Notes under the pieces: model-generated
Seen by the model: only the letters and a program-made list of their open reading frames with translations
Told to the model about the DNA's origin: nothing
Database searches by the model: none
Made by a program: the position numbers and the translations under genes
NCBI RefSeq assembly: GCF_000143415.4
Contig: NW_003314271.1
Coordinates: forward strand, 1,093,014-1,157,013
Reading direction: 5' to 3'
DNA length: 64,000 bases
Source: Selaginella moellendorffii
Lineage: Eukaryota > Plantae > Lycopodiophyta
Shown: positions 36,127-48,199 of the stretch, piece after piece
How the letters are laid out: every line of letters starts with the position of its first letter
Numbering within the stretch: position 1 is the stretch's first letter

Positions 36127-38468
36127 TCATGAGATGTAATCGAAGTACTTGGGATCGGAGGGGAAATCGTACTCCACTTTCATCTGCAACGTTTCCAGAT
36201 CCAAAGGACCAATCAATCAATCGATCACGCATTGTAAAAGCGTCTAAACTCACCTTGCCTTCGTCCGAGTCGGACTGCCTCTGGGGGAAAACAACGCGCA
36301 AGTCGCCGTAGAGGTAGAACCTCCGCTTGTCCGCCGCCGCCGCTGCTGCCCCGGGCGTGCTTGGCTTCCTCGCCCTCGCCTCCTCTTCCTCCTCCGCGTT
36401 CTCTTCTAGCTCCCGCTTCTTGAGGGGCGCACACATGAATCTCATGTGAAGCGCGTACCGCAACACCGTTCCGGAGCTCTCCTCGAGCCTGGAAGCTTTG
36501 TCCTGCTGCTGCTGGAACAGAATCTCTCTTCCTTTTTCCTGCTGCTGCTCCCGGAATGAAATCTCTCTTGCTTCTGCCTGCTGTTGCTGCTGCTGCTGCT
36601 GGAATGAAATCTTTCTTCCTTTCTCCTCATCCTGCTGCTGCTGGTGCGGCTTATTCTCTGTCGACTGTACAAATCTCTCCTTCCCCGTGTTATTTTTTAT
36701 GCTGCTGCCACTACTGCCGCTAATGATCCCTATCCTGTCCTCTACGCCTCCCAAATCGTTTGTGCCTTTCTTGTCCTCCTGTCTATCCCCACTACTCCCC
36801 TGAAATAGTCTGCGGCCACACGATATGTCGTCCCTCGTGACGCTTCGAGGCTTGCTGAGACTTCCCACAGTGGGTGCTAACGACAGCTTTTGCCGCATGA
36901 ACGTCTACACAAGGCCAACCAAGAGCACATAAGCGCTAGAGCCTGGAGAAAAAAGTCACGCATAGACAGACCTTGGTTCCTGGTGGCATATCTGTCAAGT
37001 CATAGCTGCAGATGAATGTATGTACAGGGGTCTTTTCTGGATTGCTCACCACCTACAACCAATAGAGCCCTTGAGAAAACTAGGACACCTCAACGAATAA
37101 ACACTTTACCAGTTGCACTCGGCCCCGGATTGGAACTCTGAAGCGGGACCCCTTCCATGCACGCGTCTCCTCTTTTATACAAGTGTTTGCCTGCTGCGAT
37201 TTGGCTTTGGAGTCGATGATGTCAATAGAAGCGTAGTATAGCAAGCAACTGTCGCCGTCTATACACGAAACCGAGAACGGGAGCTTGCGCATCTGGGGAG
37301 ACCAGCTACCGCCCGATACACTCAGCAGCGCTAGGAAACCATCCAGTTTCTGCAATCCCATTGTCAGAGAACACTAGGCCAGTAAAGGAGTAAATAGGAA
37401 AAGACGAACCTGACAAGACTTTCCAGCTAGAAAACGTCCAGACAGCAAAGACTCCTCAAAAGAACCAACCAGAGATCTTCTCGTCGGCAAACCATTCTTT
37501 AAGCAAGTTCCCAAACCTGCGTCGTGGAGCGCGAGCTTGTCATCTCTAAACTCGTAGTCATCGTCCAGGGACATGCTTCGTATTTGCAGCCGGTTTGATA
37601 TCGCTGCCGGATCCCACATCTCCGTCTTGGTACCAGGATACCTCCGGCCGAGCGGTGACAGTGTGAGCATCTGAGCCACAGTTTTCTTCTTGGTCGGCGA
37701 CTCCCAGCTCTTGTTGTTGATGGTGGTGATGGTTGTCTCTTGATTCTTAGTGCTCGAGCAAACATCGATGGAGAACTTCAGGCCTTGTTGGACGTCGCAA
37801 GCCCCGGGAATTGGAACGGGCGTGCTCACGCCAACTCTCCTGGAGAACTCGTATACGCATTCGTTCTTCACCTTGCATGGAAGCGCAAGAGCCTGCTCCT
37901 GTTCTTCCGGAGGAGCAACGCTCGTATTGTTCTTGACAGCGCTCGCGGTGTTGTCATCATCGGACGTGTAGTGGAGCAAGCCATCGTTATTTGGATCCGA
38001 CAAGATGTCCGCGAGTGGAGAGATCTTCCTCCTGTTATTGTTCGTGGTGGTGCTGCGGCTGGTAAAAATTCCACCATCTTTCTCTGCCGTCTGTCGAAAT
38101 CCTTGCTCTTGGGCCGGAGGAGACTCAAATCCGACGATCACTTTGCTGTTGGAATTGAATGTACCACGGATCCTCGTCGTCGCTGCTGCTGCTGCCGGGG
38201 AGAGCTTCTTAGAACCGAAACTTGTGGGCGATAGTGGCGGCGCCGGATACTCCCACACGCCACCACCATCGCCACCATTCTTCCCACCGGAATTGCTAGC
38301 TCTGGCCTTGGAATCCAGGGAATCCCCGTGCTTCCTCTTCATCTCATCCTCCGGCTTGAGCTGGACCCTCTTTCCCTGGCGCGAGAAAGATCTACGCGAA
38401 TTGCTGGTATTGCCCGCTACGTGATGCTCCTTTTCTTCTTCCTCAATATTAGGACGCAGCAAACCCAT
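36127..38468 (-). CDS. FAM214/Atos-like protein (DUF4210 plus C-terminal chromosome-segregation domain), multi-exon
   Basis: [68 protein letters not shown]...PKYFDYIS; poly-Q repeats. Confidence 0.88.
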
Positions 38469-39160
38469 CTCTCAAGCCAGTTTGTTGTTCTTGCGAAAGA
38501 AGCTAAGCTGCGCTGCGCAACCTAATCGGAGAAAGAAGAGATTACCTCGTCCATCGCTATGAGAATCCCGATTCGCGTTTGTCGATTCGCAAATCCGTCA
38601 TTGCCGATGGGGAAGAAAGGGGAAAGAAAGAATTCCCAAAGAAGATCGCTCGCTCCCTATCTAGCCAATTGCGGCTGCCTCAATCCGCGATGCGTTGCGC
38701 GGAAGGGCGATCGCGCATCGAGCATCGCGGGCCGGCGCGGCGCAGCGCCCTCGCTCTCTCTGGCCTAGGGCACCCACGAATGATGATGGGGAATTTGGTG
38801 ATATGGGCATGGGCATGGGCAGGGACACAAAGAACACACACTTTTGTGGCGTGGCTTTCAATTTTATTCTCATCTCTCATGGATTTTCTTTAACAAAACC
38901 GATTGGATTCTTTTTTTTTCTTTGCTTCTCTATGACAAGGTTAAAAGAATGATCGATCGCTAGAAGAAAATTTGTTCCAGGCTGCTAAGCACGAAAGAAG
39001 ATCATTGATGCTCCTCCCACGATGGTGGAATTATTTTTATTTTTCTTCTCGCGCGAGACTTTGGTTGCGCGACGAAAATTTGAGTAGAAGTCATACGCTT
39101 TGCCTGCGCACACATAAAGATGGCGCTTGTCAAACCAGGGAAGCGTTCTTCTACCTTGAG

Positions 39161-40158
39161 TTACGCGGTGATGCGGTAGACTCTGGAGCCGAGATCCTCG
39201 ACTTGGAAGCCGGCGTTCCCACAGTCGGCGAAGAACAGTGCCTCGTCCTCTTTTGGAATTCGTCGTCGCCAGCTCATGACAAAGCATGGCTTCCTCGAGA
39301 GTGGGAGCTTCCGTGAATCTCGATCACTGGCTAGTAGAAACTTGAGCGTTTTGACGAGATTCGGGTACTGCTTGACATCTGCCAGGATTGATAGAGGAAT
39401 AAGAAAACGAAAATGTTTACGACGTACACAAGAGAATGTCGCTGGCGATGACCAACTCCCACGCCGGAGCATCTGCAGGAAATCGTTCGCCCCACGTATC
39501 TGAGCAAAGAGAAGTTCATGAGAAATACTTCGAAGAAAAAACTAAAAAACAATCAATCTAGCGAGTCAAGCTTTAAAGACTCTCGAAGACTTACGGCGGA
39601 TATGAGGGACTGGAGCCATGCCATTGAGCTTGCAATTGTGCGCAATGTTCGCTTCGATCTCGTCGTCGTCGTAGTCACAAGTTGTGATGTCCACCGCGAG
39701 TGACTTCTTCAAGAAAATCGCGAGAGCTCCAGTTCCACTGTTACACACTGCGGGTGTCACAGACTCCGCGAGGAACACGAGAGCAGAGTACCTTCCAAGC
39801 TCGAGCACCCGACTGCCCTCGACAAGTTCCCTGTGCTCCACGAGCCACTGCGCAAAAATCGTCGAGCCGGGCCAAAGCAGATTCGCATTGACTTGGTGGA
39901 ACATAAACTCACGAACTTTGAGCGTCTGGAAAGGGATCCATTCAAGTCAGACAAAGAGAAAGATGGTTTTTTTTCTTCAAAATAGAGCTCGAAAAAATAC
40001 CATCTCTGGGAACGAATGCTCTCTTTCGACAAATCCAGCATCAGCTGGGAAACAAGGAAAACAAATTAAGTCAGCACAAGATCACAACTAGAACCTGATT
40101 CTTCGCCATCGCTGTCTTCCCGAAAGAGATCTCCAGCGCAAACAAACGCTGGATCCAT
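39161..40158 (-). CDS. METTL21/23-like (family 16) protein methyltransferase, multi-exon
   Basis: FHQVNANLLWPG, VLELGSGTGALAI, HTWG, VIASDILLY, MSWRRR. Confidence 0.85.
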
Positions 40159-40281
40159 TTGACCGCCTGGAAATCAAAGGCAAGGACCAAAGAAAAACCC
40201 TAGGAGGAACGATCAAGCAAAAGTATTGGAAATTCTTGGAAATCTGTGTTACAGGAGCAAAACACTCAAGATCCGGGGGAA

Positions 40282-40587
40282 TTAGGCGCTGGCGGACTTG
40301 TAGTGGTAGAGCTTGCCTACCACATGAAGCGCCGTCACAAACCCTATGAAGCAGAGGCTCATCACGAGCACCATCGTCGGCGTGATCTTGAGCCCCGGCG
40401 CATCGTCTGTGTAGAACCTAAGCATATTTCCGCCGCTGCCCCCAAATCCTCCACTCCCGGACGAAGCGCGCCTCCGCCGGAGCCCAGATGCGTTGCCGGC
40501 AGCTCCGCGGGGGCCCGATCCGGCGCCTCCACGGCCAGCGGCCACCACCGATGCAGCTTGCTGACTCTGCGACGCGCCTTTGGCCAT
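40282..40587 (-). CDS. SEC61B: Sec61 beta subunit
   Basis: [38 protein letters not shown]. Confidence 0.96.
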   Translation of the reverse strand: MAKGASQSQQAASVVAAGRGGAGSGPRGAAGNASGLRRRRASSGSGGFGGSGGNMLRFYTDDAPGLKITPTMVLVMSLCFIGFVTALHVVGKLYHYKSASA

Positions 40588-40708
40588 TGCTCTGTTCTGA
40601 AGAACCCTAAATTTGTAAAGAACCCTATAACCAGTTTATAGAACTTTAAGCCACGTGGCGATAAAGGAATCTGGCATCTTTTGCCCTTTGAGAGAGCCCT
40701 AGGAAGGA

Positions 40709-41656
40709 ATGCTAGCGAGAATTTCCCAGTGGGTCGCCAAGGCCAGTGGCGGCAGGAGTGTGGCGTGGATTGTGAAGCTCAATGGCGGCAAGGAGCTCAT
40801 CGGGCGGGACGATGGCGGGAACACGTATTTCCGGAAGCCTTTCGTCAATGATCTAGGCGTTTGTGAGTAGAAAATTTTCGGTTTTTCCAGTGTTTTCGAG
40901 CGAATTTTTGATCTGGGAATCGTTGCTTCCAGCAACAGAGAAGCGGTGGATGGAGTTTGCAGGCGATCCAGATCCCACTACCGTGCCGGGTATTTTTAAC
41001 TTCTAGATTTGCTTGTTTGTTCTTCCTTCTCAAAGTTTCTCTAGTCGAGTGGAGTAGATGGCTGACTTACACGAGAAAGGATGCGCCGACGCCACAGGCA
41101 AGAAAGATTTTTTTTTCTTCACTTGAGATGATAATTCCTTTTTTCTTGTTTTGTAGGAGTTAGTGGACAAAGCTTTGTATCGCAAGAATGTGAAGATCAA
41201 GGCAGCATGTAATGTTGTGTGAAAAATGGTTTTCACTTTAACACAGGATCGATTGCGCAGTAATACAGAAGGAGGAAGAGAAGCGAATTTTCAGAGCCAA
41301 GAGCTTGAAGAAGGAAGGAGGTATGTTTGCTGGGTTTTTCTTCTTCCAAAACTCACAGAGATTTAAATCTTGTAATGCAGTTGATATGAGTCCCCAGACT
41401 ATGGAAAGGTTTCTACGTCAGGTTTCATCACAGGGTAAATGCTTTCCTCTATGTCTATTGTTTTTCCTGTCCTTGAGTAACATAGCTTTCTTAGATGAAA
41501 AGAGCCAAGATACCAGTGATTGGAGCCCGGTAGATTCTTCAAGGTACCAATTGAATTGCACTTGCCTTGTAAAAAACTCACTCCTTGATTTGGTATAGTT
41601 CAACAGAGCCTTCAGGCACAGGCGACACTTTTGTGCCAGGGAAATGGCGACCTTAA
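40709..41656 (+). CDS. NDUFA12-family protein, NDUFAF2/B17.2L-like complex I assembly factor (multi-exon)
   Basis: LIGRDDGGNTYF, EKRWMEF, VPVEWSRWLTYTRKDAPT, terminal STEPSGTGDTFVPGKWRP. Confidence 0.8.
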
Positions 41657-42916
41657 ATTAGTTTCGAGGTAAGAAAGATTTAAGGAATAAATAATAGATT
41701 TAATTATTTGTGGCCGTTTTTAGAATATCATCATTTAATTAGGACTTTTAATTATAGAAGGATAAGATATTTAGACATGGAACCCTGGCTACTCACCCCC
41801 CTCCCACTCTAACCCATTGAGCTCGTCGCCTAACACCTCACCCACATAGCTCTTAATTAAGTTTATCATATAGCCACTTCAGCCACCCTGGTGATGTTGT
41901 TTGGTGTGATTTTCAAAGCTATATACCACCTCATGGAATGCGAGCAAGAAGCTTGTTATATTCCCTTTGAGCTGGACTATGCCTTTTTAGCTTAGAATTA
42001 TGTCACTTATACAGGAACTCATGATTGAGGGCATAGTTTGTTAAAGTTCAAATACAAAAAAAAATAGCCCAGAAATAATAAGATGCACCCTTTTTTTTAA
42101 TCAATGGTATTTAAAGTTAAACATCCTTAAGTTTTAAATTTTATAATATGAATTTCTAATATAGTTTTGATTTATAATTTACCCTAAGAATAATTTGCTG
42201 AGCACATCTTATTCCACTACTAAAACCCATAGGATGAACAAACATCAGTACTGCTGTGCCTTCCTATACATTTTGAGATGTACAATCTTGTTCAAGACTT
42301 ACAATGATCTGAACGAAATAAAGCTTGTCATTAGAAATAAAAAATGCATCCCAAGCACCTGGTTGTCTGTCTTCCCCATGTAATACACTCCCCTCCTCAA
42401 GACTGGTGGTTTTCGGATTGTACACTGTTGCCACCATTAGGGAAAGGTCACCATGTAGTCTTAACACATTCATCAAAGACCTTATACTGGAAAGTCCTGT
42501 CATTATAGATTAGCTTATGCACTTCCCACTCCACTTCTTTGTCACGCATTTCAGCAAGGTGGACTCCTACAGCTTCTTTCCGGTCCTCAAACAGCATGCT
42601 CTTTGCAACCTCAGCTTGTAGGTTTTCAAGACTAGGCTCCAAATAAAATTTCAGCTAAAATCACAGGTTTTTGTGAGATCTTTGGTAGCTAGGGTTTGCC
42701 TTCCAGACAGCTATGCCCACGAAACAAGTCCCTTTAGTATTTTGGAAGATCACGGATTTTGGGAGGAAATACACATTGTGGAGTCAGCCCCATTGCACCT
42801 CTTGGAGCATAACAATTGAGGGCTTGTAGAGGAGTCATGAGGCAGATGGTCCCTTAAGAGTTTTTGTTCTTGTTTTGTAATAAATTACTAGTTTAACTTC
42901 TAACTGATAAGTTATA

Positions 42917-42921
<5 letters not shown>

Positions 42922-42964
<43 letters not shown>
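42922..42964. repeat. (TA)n microsatellite
   Basis: About 21 uninterrupted TA units. Confidence 0.95.
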
Positions 42965-42968
<4 letters not shown>

Positions 42969-43106
42969 GAGATATGGGAATAAATATGTTAATTATGGTT
43001 TAAAACTCTACTTAAGAATGGATGGACCAAATTCAATAGAAGGTTTATATACTATAATACTATAATTAGGGTACACAAAATAATATATAAATTTACAAAC
43101 CTTACA

Positions 43107-46100
43107 TTATCCTCCCCTTCGGAAGATGAAAAAAGAAGTCAGATAGAACATTTAGAAGTTTTGTTAAGTGATTATAGATTGCTAAAAGAATCTAAAACAC
43201 TCATAAAACCACTAATACAGTTATTAACAATCATGATAGAAACAAAACCCAAAGTCATGACATAAACATCAATCGACTATAGAATTTCAATGAACTAATT
43301 CCAACTACCAAATGCTTAAATCCATTTCAAACCCATAACTTTGAACCAAATTACAAATGAGACACTACCTCCCAACCCTTAAGGCATTATAGCCTGTAGA
43401 CCATAGAATATTCTTAAAATATTGATATGGTTCATATCATCCTTTGCCTTATGACCCAGCTATGAATGGTAGCCTCGAAAAGCTAAATAAGCCTCATATA
43501 AAAGGAATCCAAGGCAATACTGCCATGGAAAAAAGATGTGCAAACAACAATACCAACATCGCGACAAATAACCATGAAAGAAAGAAAGCAATATGGCTTT
43601 CTCACATGACAATATGGTCATAGAAACAAGAGAATGAGAATAAAACAAATGACTCAAATCATATAACAATATAGTTATAGAACTTAATTCTCCCTTTCCT
43701 CAGGAATGCCATCCAAGTCATAATGAAAACTTAAAAACACTCTCTTCATATCAATTTTAGTTTCCCATGTAGCTTCATCCATGGAATAACCATTTCATTA
43801 AACTAACAACTCCCTAGTTGTCTTCTAACATGTTTTAACCAATCTTTGAGCAAAAATATTGGCTAAATCAGCCTTCTTAGCATTAATCTTTGGGACCTAA
43901 ATGATGAATTGATCCATGACATCACTAGAGTGCAAACACGCTTTAAACTTGTTTACATGGAACGTTGAATGAATTTTCGAACTAGCTAGCAAGTCTAAAG
44001 TGTATGCAAGATTGCCCATGCACCATAAAATTGTCCAAGACCCATAATACCATGGAAACAATTTAGTATTGCCACCTCCTTTTAGAGACTGTTGTGCATT
44101 TGACAGTTTAAGGAAAACTTTGTTACCAACTTTGTACTCTTGATGATGACAATGTTCATTAGCCACTCTTTTGTCTCAATCTTGAGCTTACCTTATGTTC
44201 AATTTTGCCAACTCAAGCTCATTTTGCATATCCTTTAGGAAATCACAAGTATGAGGTATTTGAACCAAAGCCAAGCTCAAACTCATGAGAGATCTAGGCT
44301 TATAGCTATATATCACTATAAATGGAGACATGCCAATAGTCAATTGATGAACACTATTGTGAACAAATTGAAGCAAAAGCAAGTACTTATCCCATATTCC
44401 CTGTTTAGTCAAATTTCCTATAAGACTTTAGCATATCGTCTAACAATTGATTTATGTGCTTTATTTGCCCAATTGATTGTGGATGCTCACCATTACTTAT
44501 GCTCAACTTAGTCTCTAACTTCTCAAAGACCATTTGCCAAAACTTGGATGTGAACTTAAAATCTCAATTACTCACAATGTCACCTGGCAAACCATAGAGA
44601 CTGAATAATTAGTCTATACATAATTGAGCTCATTTTCACTAAGAAGAAGTGAACCATCTTTGTCAAATGATTTACAACAACCAAATAACATCATTTCCTC
44701 AAAAGGTCTTGAGCAAACCAGCAATAAAGTCTATTGAGATCCTATTCCATTTATTCTCGAGTACATGTAAAGGATGATAAAGGCTAGTGAGCTTGTGATG
44801 ATCAAATTTGACTGCTTGGCAGGTCAAATAACCATGTATGTACTTCTTAATATCTAATTTCATCCTAGGCTAAAACAAATGCCTCTTCACCAACATATAT
44901 GTTCTCAATACCCTTAGATGCCCAATAATTAGCACATTATGACACTCAACAAAAATCCATTTGATGAGTTTGTCAATACAAGAAACCATCATATGTCCCT
45001 TCTTCATTAGGATTCCATCTTGTATCTCAAATGATGCAAACTTGTCATTATAGAGGTATCCCTTAACAAAACCTTCATGTGAATATGAGTGATAAAAGAA
45101 TTAAAGTTAACAAACTCCTTAAGCTCATCCAAGAGATCATTAAATAGTTTTACAAATAAGATAAAATTTACCATCCTAAATAATGCATCAGCCACCATAT
45201 TGTCACCTCTATGCTTCTATCGGATCTTAACAGACATTTCCTACAGAAACTCTTATCAACAAGCAAAGCGGCTTCGAAGATCACATGAGCCATACCGGTT
45301 TAGACCGCAAAATTAGTTTACTTGAGACAAGGAGTTGTATACTATAATTGCTACTATAAATGAATGGTGACATTATCTGTATGGATCAGATTTCCATGTG
45401 GATTCAAACCATCAATCTCTTTAGTAAGCAAGAGGATGCCCAAATTAAAGCAAGATGGCTTCAATAGTAATGTCACTTGCATTTGTTTTGACCACAAGAG
45501 GCTTCTTAGGATCAAAAATCTTTAACATAAGAGCAAAGATACAACATTGCTTCAAACATTCAAATGCCACTTGACACTTTTTGTCCCAACTATAAATAAT
45601 AGTATGTTTAGACATGTTTTGGAAAAGATTAGTCAACGGAGTTGCTATTTCTAAAAAGTCCTTCACAAATTGTAATAAAACTCTAGCTATACCAAGGAAA
45701 GGAAACTACGGAGATCATGCACTGTCGAAGGTATATGCCAATCGACCATAACCTAGATCTTTGTGGGATCAACTCTTACTCCTTGTACTGAAATCAAATA
45801 CCTAAAATATCCAATCTCCTCCAAGAAAAACTTGCACTTAGATAACTTTGAGTAAAGCTTGTTATCCCTTAAAAGTTGCAAAACACTTCCCATATGCATT
45901 TTATATTCCTCCATTAAAGAGTTGAACACTAGGATATAATCAAAATAATCAATTGTAAACTTTCCCAGATAAGGCTGTAGAACATGATTTATCAGTCTTT
46001 GAAAAGTTGCAAGAGCATTTGTCAAATCAAATGCATCACAAAAAACTTGTAATGACCCGTTCTTGTATGAAAATGTAGTTTTCGGAACATCCTCTAGCTT

Positions 46101-46430
46101 GACACTTATGTGGTGGTGGGTATGAAATGTGCCATTTTTGAAAACTGGTCCACCACCACAAATATCTTATCGAACCTTCATCATGGGACTCCCCCGAAGT
46201 GAGTCTGACGATACCTTTGCCTCATAACAATCTTCAAAAAATTTCAAGCACCATAAAGATGATTAAAAAATTCATTTACATGAGGGATTGGGAACATGTT
46301 TTTCACAATCCTATCATTCAATCCCATCTTTCTTTTTAACCATCATCATTGGAGCAACCTAAGGAAACTTGCTGATTTGTAACCACCCTTTCTAAGGTAC
46401 TCAACAAATTACTTATTAATCTCCTCATCT
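43107..46430 (-). mobile_element. Degenerate Ty3/gypsy (chromovirus-like) pol and PPT
   Basis: RT TNALATFQRLIN...YFDYILVF, RNase H VKTNASD, integrase IGMSPF / IHSTFHV, chromo-like NGYSMDEATWE; PPT AAGGGGAGGATAA then TGTAAGG at 43106; many stops. Confidence 0.85.
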
Positions 46431-47214
46431 TTAGCGGGATGTAAATTCTTGAATTTGGACTTTTCGAGAGGTCATTTAGCCTAATATTATTTAAACCCAA
46501 GAACACTTAACCCCAAATATCCTAAGATTTTTAACCAATTGAAAAACAGGGTGCAAGCTCTATTTCGTTAAAGTGGGATTTATTCAGTAAAATGGGACTA
46601 GGTACAAATTTTCAAGTATTTGAAAATGACGTGAAATTATATGTTTTTTGTCCAGGGGCTAGACATATCTGGGGCATGGTGACTAGCGCGGTGACTTTGT
46701 GTCCAGACTGAGTCCATCTGGTTGTATAATAAATCTCATTGTCAAGGTGAACAAGCCGAATCTGAAGCTAAAGAAGAGCGATGGCATGCGCGCACACACT
46801 ATTTGTTTGTTCATTGAGCGTGTGGTGAGCTTTCCAAGATGAACGTCATTCCTATTAGCCAGACATATAACTTAATGGTGAGAACATTTAGATATTATTC
46901 AATGTTATCTTTTTCTAACGAATCTAATTGTGAAGGTGTAGCAAGAGGCATTGCTAGTCTGGAGAAGTCATTTAACTCATTTGACCCTTAGTGTATTTTC
47001 ATGAAACTAAATAACATTCATATTATTAAGGAATTTCTCTAGTACCTTTTTTTTACGACATAGAGGCTTGCATTTCTTTCAAAGGTGATTTAGTAAAAGG
47101 CCTGAGGGCACATGCCATTCTATTTCTCAAACCGGTATTAAGATATACTAGTGCAAAGGGAAAAAGGTATTTGGTGATCAAGTAAATGGCATGAGGGCAC
47201 ACACCATTATAAGC

Positions 47215-47472
47215 CTAAGCGCTAGTGGACACCTCCTTTTTGGTACTCTCAGCAGTACTATCATCCTTCTCCGGGTCAATTGTTTTGCTTTGGATTGTTG
47301 TCTCTGACGTTACTGGGGCGTTCTCGATAGTTGTTAATGTTGCCGTTTGTTCAGAAAAATGATCACCTGGAGTATAGTACGGGGAGTTTGGAAGACTTAT
47401 ATATTCTACATCTTCACCTATCTCCTTCTCCGTCTCCTTTTCTACCTCACTTACAGATTTTGTGCTTGCCAT
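47215..47472 (-). CDS. Small acidic Ser/Thr-rich ORF inside the transposon, unknown function
   Basis: MASTKSVSEVEKETEKEIGEDVEYISLPNSPYY...; no recognisable motif. Confidence 0.25.
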   Translation of the reverse strand: MASTKSVSEVEKETEKEIGEDVEYISLPNSPYYTPGDHFSEQTATLTTIENAPVTSETTIQSKTIDPEKDDSTAESTKKEVSTSA

Positions 47473-48199
47473 AAGAATGCTCTTCACCCTAAAATATGGA
47501 GTTCGTTGTGTTATAAAAGGAAACCAACACACACGCTGCAAGGGAATGATGGTACATAAAGCACGTAAGCCCACAATATGGGTTTATGTGCCATTAATAT
47601 GGGCCACACGCCATATTATTAGATTTATGCACGTGTGATTGGTAAATGCATATGTCACATCATCTTTGTTTTACCTCACACACTATATCAGGCCTAATGA
47701 ACAATATCACATGTGCGCACATGCTATATATATGGAGAAGTATTATGCAAGGATAGAAAAATTCAATACATGATTGTGGAGAGCAATGGCATGAAGCCAC
47801 ATGCTAAATAACATTTTAGAGAAAGAATTAAAATAAAAACATGCAAACAGTACTGAGTGGACCAAGACTTAGAAGTGCACAATTGAATGAAGTATTTCTA
47901 ATAAATATTTCACTCACCTCATATAGGAATGGCTACCACTCTCAAATGGCGTATCGCCTCATGCCATCACCTCGCAATTTGTTATAACAATCCGATGAAT
48001 TCATATTTGGCTTGTTCACCTTGAACTTTAAGTAAGATTTGCTAGAACAACTAAGAATTTATACTTGTTATTTGTATCATCTCACCTAGGAATGGCGTAA
48101 GGCCACATGCCATCACGCCTCCTCTGATTCAGATTTGGATTGTTCACCTTGAAATAAAATACATTAGAAACTTAGTAAAGGAATATTAATGAATCTCAC

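Noticed and set aside
36490-36645. CTG-rich repeats as a separate element
   Set aside because: They encode poly-Gln tracts inside the FAM214-like gene.
42084-46556. TGCACCCT motif at 42084 and its inverse at about 46548 as TIRs of another element
   Set aside because: The match is only about 8-13 bp in AT-rich DNA and does not extend.
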